Positions 48,901-58,657 of a stretch of DNA of 64,000 nt are shown here, piece by piece. This DNA comes from Myxococcota bacterium (GTDB taxonomy: Bacteria > Myxococcota_A > UBA9160 > UBA4427): the NCBI GenBank assembly GCA_041389495.1, contig JAWKRT010000001.1:1682471-1746470 (forward strand), given 5' to 3'. The notes beneath the pieces were generated by a model. It made no database searches. It was not told the origin of the DNA and saw only the letters and a list, made by a program, of their open reading frames with translations. How positions within the stretch are numbered: position 1 is the stretch's first letter; each line of letters begins with the position of its first letter. The translations under genes were made by a program, and so were the position numbers.

Positions 48901-49395
48901 CTAGAGCGGCGTCGCCTCGTCCGCCGCGCCCTCGGCCTTCGCCTGGAACTTCGAGGGGCACTTCGCGAGGACGTTGTCCGCGAAGAACACGGGCGTGCCG
49001 CCGCCCGCCTCGACGCGGCCTTCCACCACGACCTCGGCGCCGTCCTTGAAGAGGTCCGGCGTCTCGAGGCTCGCGAAGTCGACGGCGAGCCGCTCGGTCG
49101 CGTCGCCCACCGCGTGCGGCGGGTCGTTCTGGATCGCGAAGCGCACGCGCCGCGCGTCGAGCTCGCGCTCGATCGAGCCGTTCGCGACGTAGCCCTTGAT
49201 GCGCAGCCGCTCGCCCGCGCGCGTGGCGGGCCCGGCCGCGAGGAACTCCTCGAGCGTGTCGAAGTAGCGGTAGCTCGCCTCGCCGCCGAGGTTCGTCGCG
49301 CCGTACCAGCCGAGCAGCGCGGCGCAGACGAGCGCGCCGATCGCGATCTGCACGCCCTTCGGCACCCGCTTCACGGTCGCGTCGTCGGTCTGCAT
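48901..49395 (-). CDS. ccmE: heme chaperone CcmE, Cys-type variant
   Basis: The C-terminal 164 aa of ORF 48901..49827, starting at ATG 49395 (MQTDDATVKRVPKGVQIAIGALV). It has an OB-fold body. The heme-attachment motif reads NVLAKCPSKF where classical CcmE has LAKHDENY. Confidence 0.88.
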   Translation of the reverse strand: MQTDDATVKRVPKGVQIAIGALVCAALLGWYGATNLGGEASYRYFDTLEEFLAAGPATRAGERLRIKGYVANGSIERELDARRVRFAIQNDPPHAVGDATERLAVDFASLETPDLFKDGAEVVVEGRVEAGGGTPVFFADNVLAKCPSKFQAKAEGAADEATPL

Positions 49396-49639
49396 CGATG
49401 CACCTCGCACGGGGCGCGCGCGTGCGCGAGCGGTCGCGGGGGTCGGGCGCGTGCGCGTTGGAGGACGGGCGCGGGGGGCGGTGAGAGCGCGCCGCACGTT
49501 ATCACCGGCCCCCGCGAGCGTCAAAGCGCGCACGCGTCGAAAGCGCACGCATTCCGGGCATTTGCATTCGATGAACGCGTGCCTCGACAGGCGTTCGCGC
49601 GGTTTGACACCGCTCGCGCGCACGGCTACTCCGCGGCGC

Positions 49640-50875
49640 ATGCCGGCCGCGCGCGCACACCGCCTCCGCCAGGTCGAGCCCTTCCTCGCGATGGAGGTGC
49701 TCGAGCGCGCGCTCGAGCTCGAGCGCGCCGGCGCGGCGGTCGTCCATCTCGAGGTCGGCGAGCCCGACTTCCCGCCGCCCGCCTGCGCCACCGAAGCCTG
49801 CATCGAAGCGTTGCACCGCGGCGTCACCCACTACACCGACTCGCGCGGCACCGCGCGCCTGCGCGAGGCCATCGCGCGCGATCTCGCCGCGCGCTTCCCG
49901 GTGCGGGGCGGGTCGGTCGACCCGGCGCGCATCGTCGTGACGATGGGCACCTCGCCCGCGATGCTGCTCGTCTTCGAGGCGCTGCTCGACCCGGGCGACG
50001 AGGTCGTGCTCGGGACGCCGCACTATCCCTGCTACCCGAACTTCGTGCGCGTCTGCGGCGGCGTGCCCGTGCTCGTCGAGACCGACCCGGCCGACGGCTA
50101 CCGGCTCGACCCCGAGCGCGTCGCGCGCGCGATCTCGCCGCGCACGAAGGCGATCGTCGTGAACTCGCCCGCGAACCCGACGGGGGCCGTGCAGTCGCGC
50201 GCGACGCTCGAGGCGCTCGCCGCGCTCGGCCCGACGCTCGTGTCCGACGAGATCTACGACGGCCTCGTCTACGACGGCGCGCGCACCGCGAGCGCGCTCG
50301 AGGTGACGGACGACGCCTTCGTGCTCGACGGCTTCTCGAAGCGCTACGCGATGACGGGCTTCCGGCTCGGGTGGGTGGTCGCGCCGTCCGCCTTCGCGCG
50401 CGACCTGCAGGTGCTGCAGCAGAGCCTGTTCATCTCGGCGTCCTCGTTCGCGCAGGAGGCGGCGGTGGCCGCGCTCGAGGGCGGCGCGGCCGACGTCGCG
50501 CACATGCGCGACGGGTACGCGCGGCGCCGCGACCGGCTCGTCGCGGGGCTCCGCGCGCTCGGCTTCGGCGTGCCGCGCGCGCCGCAGGGCGCCTTCTACG
50601 TGCTCGCCGATGCGCGGCCCGTCGCCGGGCCGCGCGCCGACTCGCGCGCGCTCGCGTTCGCGCTGCTCGAGCAGGCGGGCGTCGGCGTCGCGCCGGGCGT
50701 CGACTTCGGCGCGGCCGCCGAGGGCTGGCTGCGCTTCTGCTATGCGGTGGCCGACGACGCGATCGACGAGGCGCTCGCGCGCATCGCCGACGCGCTGCCG
50801 CGGCTCGCCGACGCCGCGCGCGCGAGCGCGCCGCCCGTCACGCCGCCCGTCGCGCCCGCGGAGCGCGCGCGGTGA
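49640..50875 (+). CDS. class I/II pyridoxal-phosphate aminotransferase (aspartate/aromatic type)
   Basis: ORF track 49451..50875, trimmed to ATG 49640. Motifs: NSPANPTG and the PLP lysine in SFSKRYAMTGFRLGW. Confidence 0.88.
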   Translation: MPAARAHRLRQVEPFLAMEVLERALELERAGAAVVHLEVGEPDFPPPACATEACIEALHRGVTHYTDSRGTARLREAIARDLAARFPVRGGSVDPARIVVTMGTSPAMLLVFEALLDPGDEVVLGTPHYPCYPNFVRVCGGVPVLVETDPADGYRLDPERVARAISPRTKAIVVNSPANPTGAVQSRATLEALAALGPTLVSDEIYDGLVYDGARTASALEVTDDAFVLDGFSKRYAMTGFRLGWVVAPSAFARDLQVLQQSLFISASSFAQEAAVAALEGGAADVAHMRDGYARRRDRLVAGLRALGFGVPRAPQGAFYVLADARPVAGPRADSRALAFALLEQAGVGVAPGVDFGAAAEGWLRFCYAVADDAIDEALARIADALPRLADAARASAPPVTPPVAPAERAR

Positions 50876-51507
50876 GCCTCCCGCTCCGCCGCGCCGAGCA
50901 CGTCGCGACGGCCGCGAACGTCGCCGGGCTTCCCGCGCCCGACCCGCGCGCGCGGCCCGAGGTCGCCTTCCTCGGGCGCAGCAACGCGGGCAAGTCGAGC
51001 CTCCTGAACGCGCTCGTGCGCCGCAAGCAGCTCGCGCGCACGAGCGGCACGCCCGGCAAGACGCGCCTCCTCCACCTCTACGAGGTCGAGATCGCCGGCC
51101 AGTGCGTGCGGCTCGTCGATCTCCCCGGCTACGGCTACGCGAAGGTCGCGAAGCGCGAGCGCGACGCGTGGAAGACGATGATCGAGGGCTACCTCGCGCA
51201 GCGCGAGGGGCTGTGTGCGGCCGTGCTTCTCCAGGACGTGCGGCGCGACGTCGGCGACGACGAGCGCCTGCTGCTCGACTGGCTCGACGAGCAGCGCGTG
51301 CCCGCGCTCGTCGCGATCACGAAGACCGACAAGCTCAAGCCGATGCGCCGCGCGCAGCGGCTGCGCGAGCTGCGCGCGGAGCTGCCGCTCGCGCCCGCGC
51401 GCATCGTCGCGACGTCGGCGGAGTCGGGCGACGGCATCGACGCGCTGTGGCGGGCGATCCTGGAACGCGTGCGCGACGCGGCCGAGGCGGCCGCCGGCGG
51501 CGACTAA
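50872..51507 (+). CDS. engB: ribosome-biogenesis GTPase EngB/YihA
   Basis: Part of ORF 48817..51507. GTG 50872 overlaps the aminotransferase stop (GTGA). Motifs: GRSNAGKSSLLNAL, DLPGYGYA, TKTDK. Confidence 0.9.
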   Translation: MSLPLRRAEHVATAANVAGLPAPDPRARPEVAFLGRSNAGKSSLLNALVRRKQLARTSGTPGKTRLLHLYEVEIAGQCVRLVDLPGYGYAKVAKRERDAWKTMIEGYLAQREGLCAAVLLQDVRRDVGDDERLLLDWLDEQRVPALVAITKTDKLKPMRRAQRLRELRAELPLAPARIVATSAESGDGIDALWRAILERVRDAAEAAAGGD

Positions 51508-52277
51508 CGAAAGAGGTCGGTCGCCGGGTCGCGGAGCAGGTCGCGCAGGCGGCCGTCGCCCTCCGGCGCGAAGCCCGCGACCCACACCGCCGCGACGCCC
51601 GAGGCCTTCTCCATCAGGAGCCCCGCCGCGGCCGCGAGCTGGTCGGGCGTCGCCATCGCGGTCACCTGCAGCTCGCGTCCCGCGCGGTCGAGCGTGCCGC
51701 GCGCGTCGTCGATCGCGGCCATGCCCGCGCAGCCGATCGCGACGTCGACGAGCCCCTCGCGCCACGGCCGCCCGAAGGTGTCGCTCACGACGACCGCGAT
51801 GCCGCGCGCGCCGCGCGCGACGAGCGCATCGCGGAGGTGCGCGGCCGACGCGTCCGGGTCGACGGGGAGCAGCACGGCGACGTCCTCGCCCGGCGCGTTC
51901 GAGAGGTCGACGCCGGCGTTCGCGCACACGAAGCCGTGGTGCGTCTCGCAGATCAGCACGCCGTGGGCGCGCCGCACGACGCGCTTCGTCTCGCGCAGCA
52001 CGATCTCCATGTGGCGCGGATCCTTGGCGTGCTCGGCGGCGATCCGCGCGGCCTCGGCCGACGGCGTCACGTCGGCGAGCCGCACGAGCCGCCCCTCGGC
52101 CTTCGACACGACCTTCTGGCACACGACGAGGACGCCGCGCTCGAGCGCGAGGCGCGCGCGCGCGGCCGCGTCGGCGAGCAGCGCCGCGAGATCGTCGCCG
52201 GGGGCGACCTCCGGCACGCCCTCGAGCGCGACGAGCTCGAGGCGGGTGCGGGGCGCGCGCTCGCGCGCGGGGCTCAT
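51504..52277 (-). CDS. cofE: coenzyme F420-0:L-glutamate ligase CofE (stand-alone, with no nitroreductase-like domain)
   Basis: The C-terminal 257 aa of ORF 51504..52592, starting at ATG 52277. Sequence: LELVALEGVPEVAPGDDLAALL, GFVCANAGVDLSN, VSDTFGRPWR. Confidence 0.85.
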   Translation of the reverse strand: MSPARERAPRTRLELVALEGVPEVAPGDDLAALLADAAARARLALERGVLVVCQKVVSKAEGRLVRLADVTPSAEAARIAAEHAKDPRHMEIVLRETKRVVRRAHGVLICETHHGFVCANAGVDLSNAPGEDVAVLLPVDPDASAAHLRDALVARGARGIAVVVSDTFGRPWREGLVDVAIGCAGMAAIDDARGTLDRAGRELQVTAMATPDQLAAAAGLLMEKASGVAAVWVAGFAPEGDGRLRDLLRDPATDLFR

Positions 52278-52957
52278 GCGGGTGCGCTCCCGGTCCGCGC
52301 CCGCGCGAGCAGCGCGCGCGTGCGCGCTCCGCCGTCGTCGCCGTCCGCGCCGCGCGCGACGAACGCGTCGACGTCGCCCGGCACGTCGAGGTCGATGGCG
52401 AGCGAGGGCACGCGCGGCTCGAGGCAGGGAACGCGCGCAGCCGCCGCGGCGGCGCGGTGCGCATCGGCGCTCGCCGCGCCGAACCGGGACGGGATCGCGT
52501 CGGGCGGCCGGCGCAGCAGCGCAGCGGTGCCGCCGTCGTGCGACGCGGCGAGCGCGACGGCCGGGCCGTCGACGCCGTCGAGGCTCGCGCACAGCGCGTC
52601 GACGTCGCGCGCCGTCGCGCCCGCGACGTCGCCGAGCACGACGAGCAGGGCGTCGCCCGGCCGCGCGCCGAGTCCGGCGTCGCGCGCGAGCGCGAGGGCG
52701 GCCGCGTCGAGCGAGGCGTTGAGCCCGGGCGCGCGCGCGACGATCGCGCGCGCGCCGGCGCGCTCGGCGGCGGCGGCGACGTCGTCGTCGGGTGTCACGA
52801 CGGCGCGCACGTCGACCCGCTCCGCTCCGCCGAGCGCGTCGAGCACGTCGCCGAGCATCGCGAGCGCGAGCTCGCCGCGCGCGTCGGGCGAGAGCGCCGC
52901 CACGAGGCGCGACTTCGACTCCGCGAGCGACTTCACGGGGACCACCGCCGCGATCAT
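52274..52957 (-). CDS. cofC: 2-phospho-L-lactate (or related phospho-acid) guanylyltransferase CofC/FbiD
   Basis: The C-terminal 227 aa of ORF 52274..54292, starting at ATG 52957. Sequence: MIAAVVPVKSLAESKSRL, MLGDVLDAL, SLAIDLDVPGDV. It has 4-nt overlaps with both neighbours. Confidence 0.85.
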   Translation of the reverse strand: MIAAVVPVKSLAESKSRLVAALSPDARGELALAMLGDVLDALGGAERVDVRAVVTPDDDVAAAAERAGARAIVARAPGLNASLDAAALALARDAGLGARPGDALLVVLGDVAGATARDVDALCASLDGVDGPAVALAASHDGGTAALLRRPPDAIPSRFGAASADAHRAAAAAARVPCLEPRVPSLAIDLDVPGDVDAFVARGADGDDGGARTRALLARARTGSAPA

Positions 52958-53943
52958 CGCCGTCCGCGCGCGCCGGCCCGCGCGCGGACGCGCTCGGCGA
53001 GCGCGAGCGCGCACCTCGCCAGCCGCGCCGCGGCGTCGGCGTCGACCATGATCGTGTCCGTCGCGTCGACCGCGACGTCGAGCGCCTCGACGTCGCCGCG
53101 CAGCGCGGCGTCGCGCTCGTCGATCACGATCGCGTCGATCCAGTCGCGGTAGAGGCGCGCGACGCCGCGCGCCGACACCTCGGCGCCGATGCCGCGCAGC
53201 AGCGGATCGGCCGGGCCCTTGATGGGCTTGCCGCCGACGATCGGCGAGACGGCGACGATCGGCGCGCGCGTCGCGGCGAGCGCGTCGCGCACGCCGCGCA
53301 CGGCGAGGATCGGCCCGATCGAGACGACCGGGTTGCTCGGGCACACGAGCACGACGTCCGCGCTCGCGATCGCGTCGAGCACGCCGGGCGCGGGTGCCGC
53401 CGCGGCCGCGGCCGACAGGTCGACGCCCTCGACGTCGGCGGGCGCGCCGTCGCGCACGAGGTACTCCTCGAAGTGGACGCGCCGCCCCGCGCCGAGCTCG
53501 ACGATCGTCGGACACGGCGCCTCGGACATGGGGAGGATGCGCGTCGCGACGCCGAGCCGTCGGCGCAGCTCGTCCGCGACGGCCGCGAGCCCCGCGCCCT
53601 CGCGCAGGCGCAGCGTGCGGTGCAGGCAGTGCGCGAAGTCGCGATCGCCGAGGCGGAACCACGCCTCGCGCCCGAGCTCGCCGAGGCGGTCGACCACCGC
53701 GAACGTGTCGCCCGCGATGCCGAAGCCGCGCTCGCGATCGACGATGCCGGCGAGCGCGTAGGTCACGATGTCGAGGTCGGGCGCGACGTGGACGCCGTAG
53801 AACTCGCGGTCGTCGCCGGTGTTCACGATCGCGGTCACCGCCTCGGGCGCGACGACGCGCACGAGCCCGCACAGGAAGCGCGACGCGCCGACGCCGCCGG
53901 CGAGTGCGACGACGTGCGCGCTCCGGCCCTCGCGTGCGCTCAC
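52954..53943 (-). CDS. cofD: 2-phospho-L-lactate transferase CofD/FbiA
   Basis: The C-terminal 329 aa of ORF 52954..54213, starting at GTG 53943. Sequence: VVALAGGVGASRFLCGL, NTGDD, CPSNPVVSIGPIL. Confidence 0.88.
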   Translation of the reverse strand: MSAREGRSAHVVALAGGVGASRFLCGLVRVVAPEAVTAIVNTGDDREFYGVHVAPDLDIVTYALAGIVDRERGFGIAGDTFAVVDRLGELGREAWFRLGDRDFAHCLHRTLRLREGAGLAAVADELRRRLGVATRILPMSEAPCPTIVELGAGRRVHFEEYLVRDGAPADVEGVDLSAAAAAAPAPGVLDAIASADVVLVCPSNPVVSIGPILAVRGVRDALAATRAPIVAVSPIVGGKPIKGPADPLLRGIGAEVSARGVARLYRDWIDAIVIDERDAALRGDVEALDVAVDATDTIMVDADAAARLARCALALAERVRARAGARGRR

Positions 53944-54353
53944 GGCTGCGCGCCGGCGCGCGCGGCGGCTTCGCGCTGCGCGAGCGCGGCCTGGAGCGCG
54001 GGCATGCGGAGCGCGAGCGCGCGCAGCTCGTCGTCGCTCGGCGCGCGGACGGGCGTCGCCGGAGCGCCGTCGTCGCTCTCGGCCGCGCGCCCTGCGGCGG
54101 GCGGTGCGGCGAGCCAGTCGAGCACGCGTTCGCGGTCGCGCTCGAGCGCGTCCGCGAGCGCGTCCGCGTCGTCCGGGAGGGCCGTGTCGACCGCGGGCGG
54201 CGCGCTCGCGCACGCGGCGCCGAGCGCGACCGCGAGGGCGAGCGCGCGGGCGGCGCGGGCGCGCGCCGCGCGCGTCGTCGTCCGCACGGCAACGGCCGGG
54301 ACGCGCACCGCGCGCGCGCGAACGGAGACGAGCAGCGGGCGCGGGGAGGGCAT
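53940..54353 (-). CDS. small lipoprotein of unknown function, translationally coupled to cofD
   Basis: The C-terminal 137 aa of ORF 53940..54614, starting at ATG 54353. The signal and lipobox are ARALALAVALGAACAS. The stop overlaps the cofD GTG (GTGA). Confidence 0.6.
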   Translation of the reverse strand: MPSPRPLLVSVRARAVRVPAVAVRTTTRAARARAARALALAVALGAACASAPPAVDTALPDDADALADALERDRERVLDWLAAPPAAGRAAESDDGAPATPVRAPSDDELRALALRMPALQAALAQREAAARAGAQP

Positions 54354-54614
54354 GGCGCGCGCGATTCTTCGCGAGTGGCGGAGGGGCGTCAAGCTGGCGG
54401 GCGCGCGCGGCGGCGCGCGTGAACGCGCCGCCGCGCGACGGCGTCGCGGACGCGTGTCCGCGCGTTCACGCGCGCTCCCGCGCCTTCGGCGCGCGCCCGG
54501 CCGCCGCGCGAGGAGCGCCGCGCAGCCGCCCGTTCCGACGGGTGTTCCTGCGCGCGCCGCCCGCGTCGCAGCGCGCGGCGGGCGCGGGCACGCGGCTTGC
54601 GATGCGGCGCGCAC

Positions 54615-56363
54615 ATGCGCTCATCGCACCCGCTCCGCACGACGCCGCTCCCGCCGCGATGCGCTTCCGCGGCCGGCCTCCTCGTCTTCGCACTCCTGGC
54701 CGCGGGCGGCGCGCGCGCGGCGGAGGCCTCGCTCGCGTGGCAGCGCGAGCCGTGGGGGCAGGGCGAGCGCGGCGCGGTCGCGGTCGCGGCGACGCCCGGC
54801 GGCGCGTGGGTCGCCGTCGGCGACGCGAGCGGCGCGACGCTCGTGCGCGACGGCCGCGTCGCTCGCCGCATTGCGCGGGCGGGTGTGCGCGATCTCGCGT
54901 TCGACGCGCGCGGCGCGCTCTGGATCGCGACCGACGAGGGGCTCTGGCGCACGCGTCCCGACGATCCCGGCGCCGTCGAGGATCGCTCGCCGGCGCCCGG
55001 CGCCGACGCCCGCCGCGTCGCGCGGCTCGCCGTCGACGGCGAGTGGATCGCCGCGGCGACCGACGCGGGTGCGTTCGTCGCACTCGCCGGCGGGCCGTGG
55101 AGCGAGCTCGACGGCGCGGCGCCGCGCGCGGCGTCGAGCGGCGTCGCGCTCCGCTGTCGGGCGGGCGCGTGCGACGTCGCGTGGATCGCGGGCGATGCGC
55201 TGTGGCGCGCGGATCTCGAGGCGCGCGCCGGTCGGCCGCTCGCGCAGCGCGTGCGCGAGCTCGCGGTCGCGGGCGCGCCGGCCGGCGCTGCGCCCGTCGA
55301 CGTCGCCGTCGCCGCGGGCCGGCTCGTCGTCGTGTACGAGCGCGCGCTCGCGATCGAGCGCGCCGACGCGCCGGACGCCTTCGCACTGCGGCGTCCCGCG
55401 CTGCCGCCGGGAGCGGGTGCGCGCCGCGCGCTGCGCGCGCTCGGGCGCGACTGGATCGCGACCGATCGCGGTCTCCTCCACGGGAGCTTCGAGGCGGGCG
55501 GCGCGTGGCGCCGTGCGGACGTGCCGGCCGGCTGGCTCGGCACGGCCGCGGTCGCCTCCGACGGCGAGGCGCTGTGGGTGGCGACGGCGAGCGGCGTGCT
55601 GCGCGGACGCGTCTCGGCGCCGCTCGCGGCGCTCGCGGACGAAGGCGCCGGGGAAGCCGCGTCCGCGCGCGCGGTCGCCGCGCGCGGGGACGGCGCACCG
55701 CCGCACGAGGCGCGCGCGGCGCAGGTCGATGCGTCGATCGCGGCCGAGCTGCGCGCGCTGCATCGCATGGCGCTCGCGCACCAGGGGCTCGACCTCGATC
55801 GCCAGCGCACATGGCGCGCGCGCATCGCGCGCCGCGCGTGGTGGCCCGAGGTGGACGTGCGCGCCGACTACGGCGGCGACCGCGGGCGCGCCGTCGACTT
55901 CGACCAGACGTTCACGTCCGGCGCGACGCAGCACCTCGTCGACCGCGCGCGCGATCGCGGCGACGACTGGGACGTCGGCATCGCGCTCCACTGGGACCTC
56001 GCGAACGCCGTGCTCGACGGCGACGCGGTGGACTTCGCGCGCGAGGAGCGGCTGTGGATCTCGCTGCGCGACGACGTGCTCGACGAGATCGACCAGCTCT
56101 ACTTCGAGCGCCGGCGCGCACTGCTCGAGCTGGCCGCCGTGCCCGACGCGCGCTCGATCGACGCCGAGCGCCTGCGCCTGCGCGCGGCCGAGCTCGCGGC
56201 GGGCCTCGACGCCTGGACGGGCGGCGGCTTCTCGCGCGCGCTCTTCGAGCCCGTCGCGCGCACGAGCGACCGCGCCGCGCGATCCGACGCCGCCGGCGCG
56301 CGCGACGACGACCCCGACCGCGGCGCGCGCGATCCGCGCGCCGGCGCCGCGGAGGCGCCGTGA
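54615..56363 (+). CDS. secreted protein of unknown function
   Basis: ORF track 54597..56363 (TTG start); I prefer ATG 54615. The signal peptide is ...AAGLLVFALLAAGGARAAEA. It is Ala/Gly/Trp-rich and probably a beta-rich domain, with a helical C-terminus. Confidence 0.7.
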   Translation: MRSSHPLRTTPLPPRCASAAGLLVFALLAAGGARAAEASLAWQREPWGQGERGAVAVAATPGGAWVAVGDASGATLVRDGRVARRIARAGVRDLAFDARGALWIATDEGLWRTRPDDPGAVEDRSPAPGADARRVARLAVDGEWIAAATDAGAFVALAGGPWSELDGAAPRAASSGVALRCRAGACDVAWIAGDALWRADLEARAGRPLAQRVRELAVAGAPAGAAPVDVAVAAGRLVVVYERALAIERADAPDAFALRRPALPPGAGARRALRALGRDWIATDRGLLHGSFEAGGAWRRADVPAGWLGTAAVASDGEALWVATASGVLRGRVSAPLAALADEGAGEAASARAVAARGDGAPPHEARAAQVDASIAAELRALHRMALAHQGLDLDRQRTWRARIARRAWWPEVDVRADYGGDRGRAVDFDQTFTSGATQHLVDRARDRGDDWDVGIALHWDLANAVLDGDAVDFAREERLWISLRDDVLDEIDQLYFERRRALLELAAVPDARSIDAERLRLRAAELAAGLDAWTGGGFSRALFEPVARTSDRAARSDAAGARDDDPDRGARDPRAGAAEAP

Positions 56364-56410
56364 GCGTCTCGATTCCCGCCCCGCTCGGTCCCGCCGTCCG
56401 GAGGTTCTCG

Positions 56411-57088
56411 ATGCCCTCGTTCCGTCCTCGTCCGCTCCCGGTCCGCCGCCCGCGCGCGGCGCGCGCGCTCCTCGCGATCGCCGCGCTCGGCACGCTCCCG
56501 CTCGCCACCGCGGCGCGCGCCGTTCCCCTGCTCTCCGAGATCTTCTACGACGCCGTCGGGTCCGACGACGGGCTCTCGTTCGTCGAGATCCACGCGCCGG
56601 CGGGCACCGTGCTCGACGGCTTCACGATCGAAGGCGTGAACGGCTCGGGCGGCGCGATCGGGCCCGTGATCGCGCTCTCCGGGAGCGTGTCGGCGAGCGG
56701 CCTCTTCGTCGTCGCCGACGTCGACGGGAGCGGTCTCACGGCGGTCGCCGTCTTCGACCAGCTCGCGAACTTCGACTTCCAGAACGGGCCCGATTCGATC
56801 GTGCTCCGCGACGCGAGCGGCGTCGTCGACGCGGTGGGCTACGGCGTGTTCGCGCCGGGCGACGTCTTCGCCGGCGAGGGCGCGCCGGCCGTGGACCCGC
56901 CGGCGGGCGAGAGCCTCGCGCGCGTCTTCGCGAACGTGGACACGGACGACAACGCGCTCGACTTCGTCGCGCTCGCGACGCCGACGCCGGGCAGCGCCGC
57001 GTTCGCGCCCGTGCCCGAGCCGGGCACGGGCCTGCTGTGCGCGATCGGCCTCGCGGGCCTCGGCGCCGCGGGCCGCCGCCGCGGCTGA
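56411..57088 (+). CDS. lamin-tail-domain (LTD) protein with a PEP-CTERM sorting signal
   Basis: Part of ORF 53819..57088. The start is ATG 56411, or GTG 56360 overlapping the upstream stop. LLSEIFYDAVGSDDGLSFVEI and NGPDSIVLRD are LTD hallmarks. The C-terminus VPEPGTGLLCAIGLAGLGAAGRRRG is PEP-CTERM. Confidence 0.8.
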   Translation: MPSFRPRPLPVRRPRAARALLAIAALGTLPLATAARAVPLLSEIFYDAVGSDDGLSFVEIHAPAGTVLDGFTIEGVNGSGGAIGPVIALSGSVSASGLFVVADVDGSGLTAVAVFDQLANFDFQNGPDSIVLRDASGVVDAVGYGVFAPGDVFAGEGAPAVDPPAGESLARVFANVDTDDNALDFVALATPTPGSAAFAPVPEPGTGLLCAIGLAGLGAAGRRRG

Positions 57089-57208
57089 GCGCGCGGCACG
57101 CGTCCCCCCGGCGGCGGCCCGGGCGATCCGATCGCGCCGCGTCTGGCTCGTCCACCGGCGCGAGCGAGGTCCGGCGCGGCGGATCGCTCCCCCTCTCCGC
57201 CGCCGCCC

Positions 57209-57236
57209 GCGCCCCGGAGCCCGCGCTCCGGGGCGC
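57209..57236 (+). terminator. perfect 12-bp GC hairpin downstream of the PEP-CTERM gene (possible terminator or protein-binding palindrome)
   Basis: The sequence is GCGCCCCGGAGC-ccgc-GCTCCGGGGCGC. No U-tract follows, so intrinsic-terminator function is uncertain. Confidence 0.3.
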
Positions 57237-57407
57237 CCTCGCGCGCTGCGCGCGAACGCGCCGTCGCGCGCGGGCGTTCAGAACGAAGTGTGCGATTCCG
57301 ATAACCCCGCCGCTGCGTGCCCGGCCCGTTGCCGCCCGGATGCACGTGCGTGACACTGCGCGACCGAGTGCGGCGGCCGGTGGTTCGTTAGGGGGGCGCG
57401 GCCCGCG

Positions 57408-57934
57408 ATGCAGTCCGGATTCAACACGAACATCCGTCATCGCGGCGTGCTCTTCCACGTGCAGACCGAGGACAGCGGGAAGGCGAACCCGCACGTCATC
57501 ACGCATCTCTTCCACGGCGGCAACATCATGGCCTCCGAGAAGCGCGACTACTCGGAGCAGCTCGCGGCGGGCGGCAACCTCGAACAGGTCGTCCGCGCCC
57601 TCATGGAGTCGCAGCACAAGGCGATGCTCAAGCGCCTGCGCGCGGGCGAGCACGACGCGGTCATCCTCGAGCGACTCGGCCCCGAGGCCTTCGACGCGCC
57701 CTCGGGCGAGGTACAGGATCCGACGGACACCGCGGCGGCGATGACGCCCGAATCGCCGACGCTCCCGCCCGAGGACGAGACGCCCGCACCGCCGCCGCCC
57801 GCGGCCGGCGGCGCGCGTCCGGCGGCGGCGGCGGCGCGCGCCTTCGGGCAGGGCGTCGTGTCCGCCAAGCCGCTCGACGAGGTCGTGCTCGACTACCTCG
57901 TGGAGAGTGCGCGCAAGCGAAAGCGCGCGGGCCG

Positions 57935-57938
<4 letters not shown>
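57408..57938 (+). CDS. hypothetical protein heading the ftsEX operon
   Basis: ORF track, 176 aa. The ordered N-domain is MQSGFNTNIRHRGVLFHVQTEDSGKANPHVITHLFHGGNIM. It continues with a Pro/Ala linker and a basic C-terminal helix. The stop overlaps the ftsE GTG. Confidence 0.75.
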
Positions 57939-58653
<715 letters not shown>

Positions 58654-58657
<4 letters not shown>

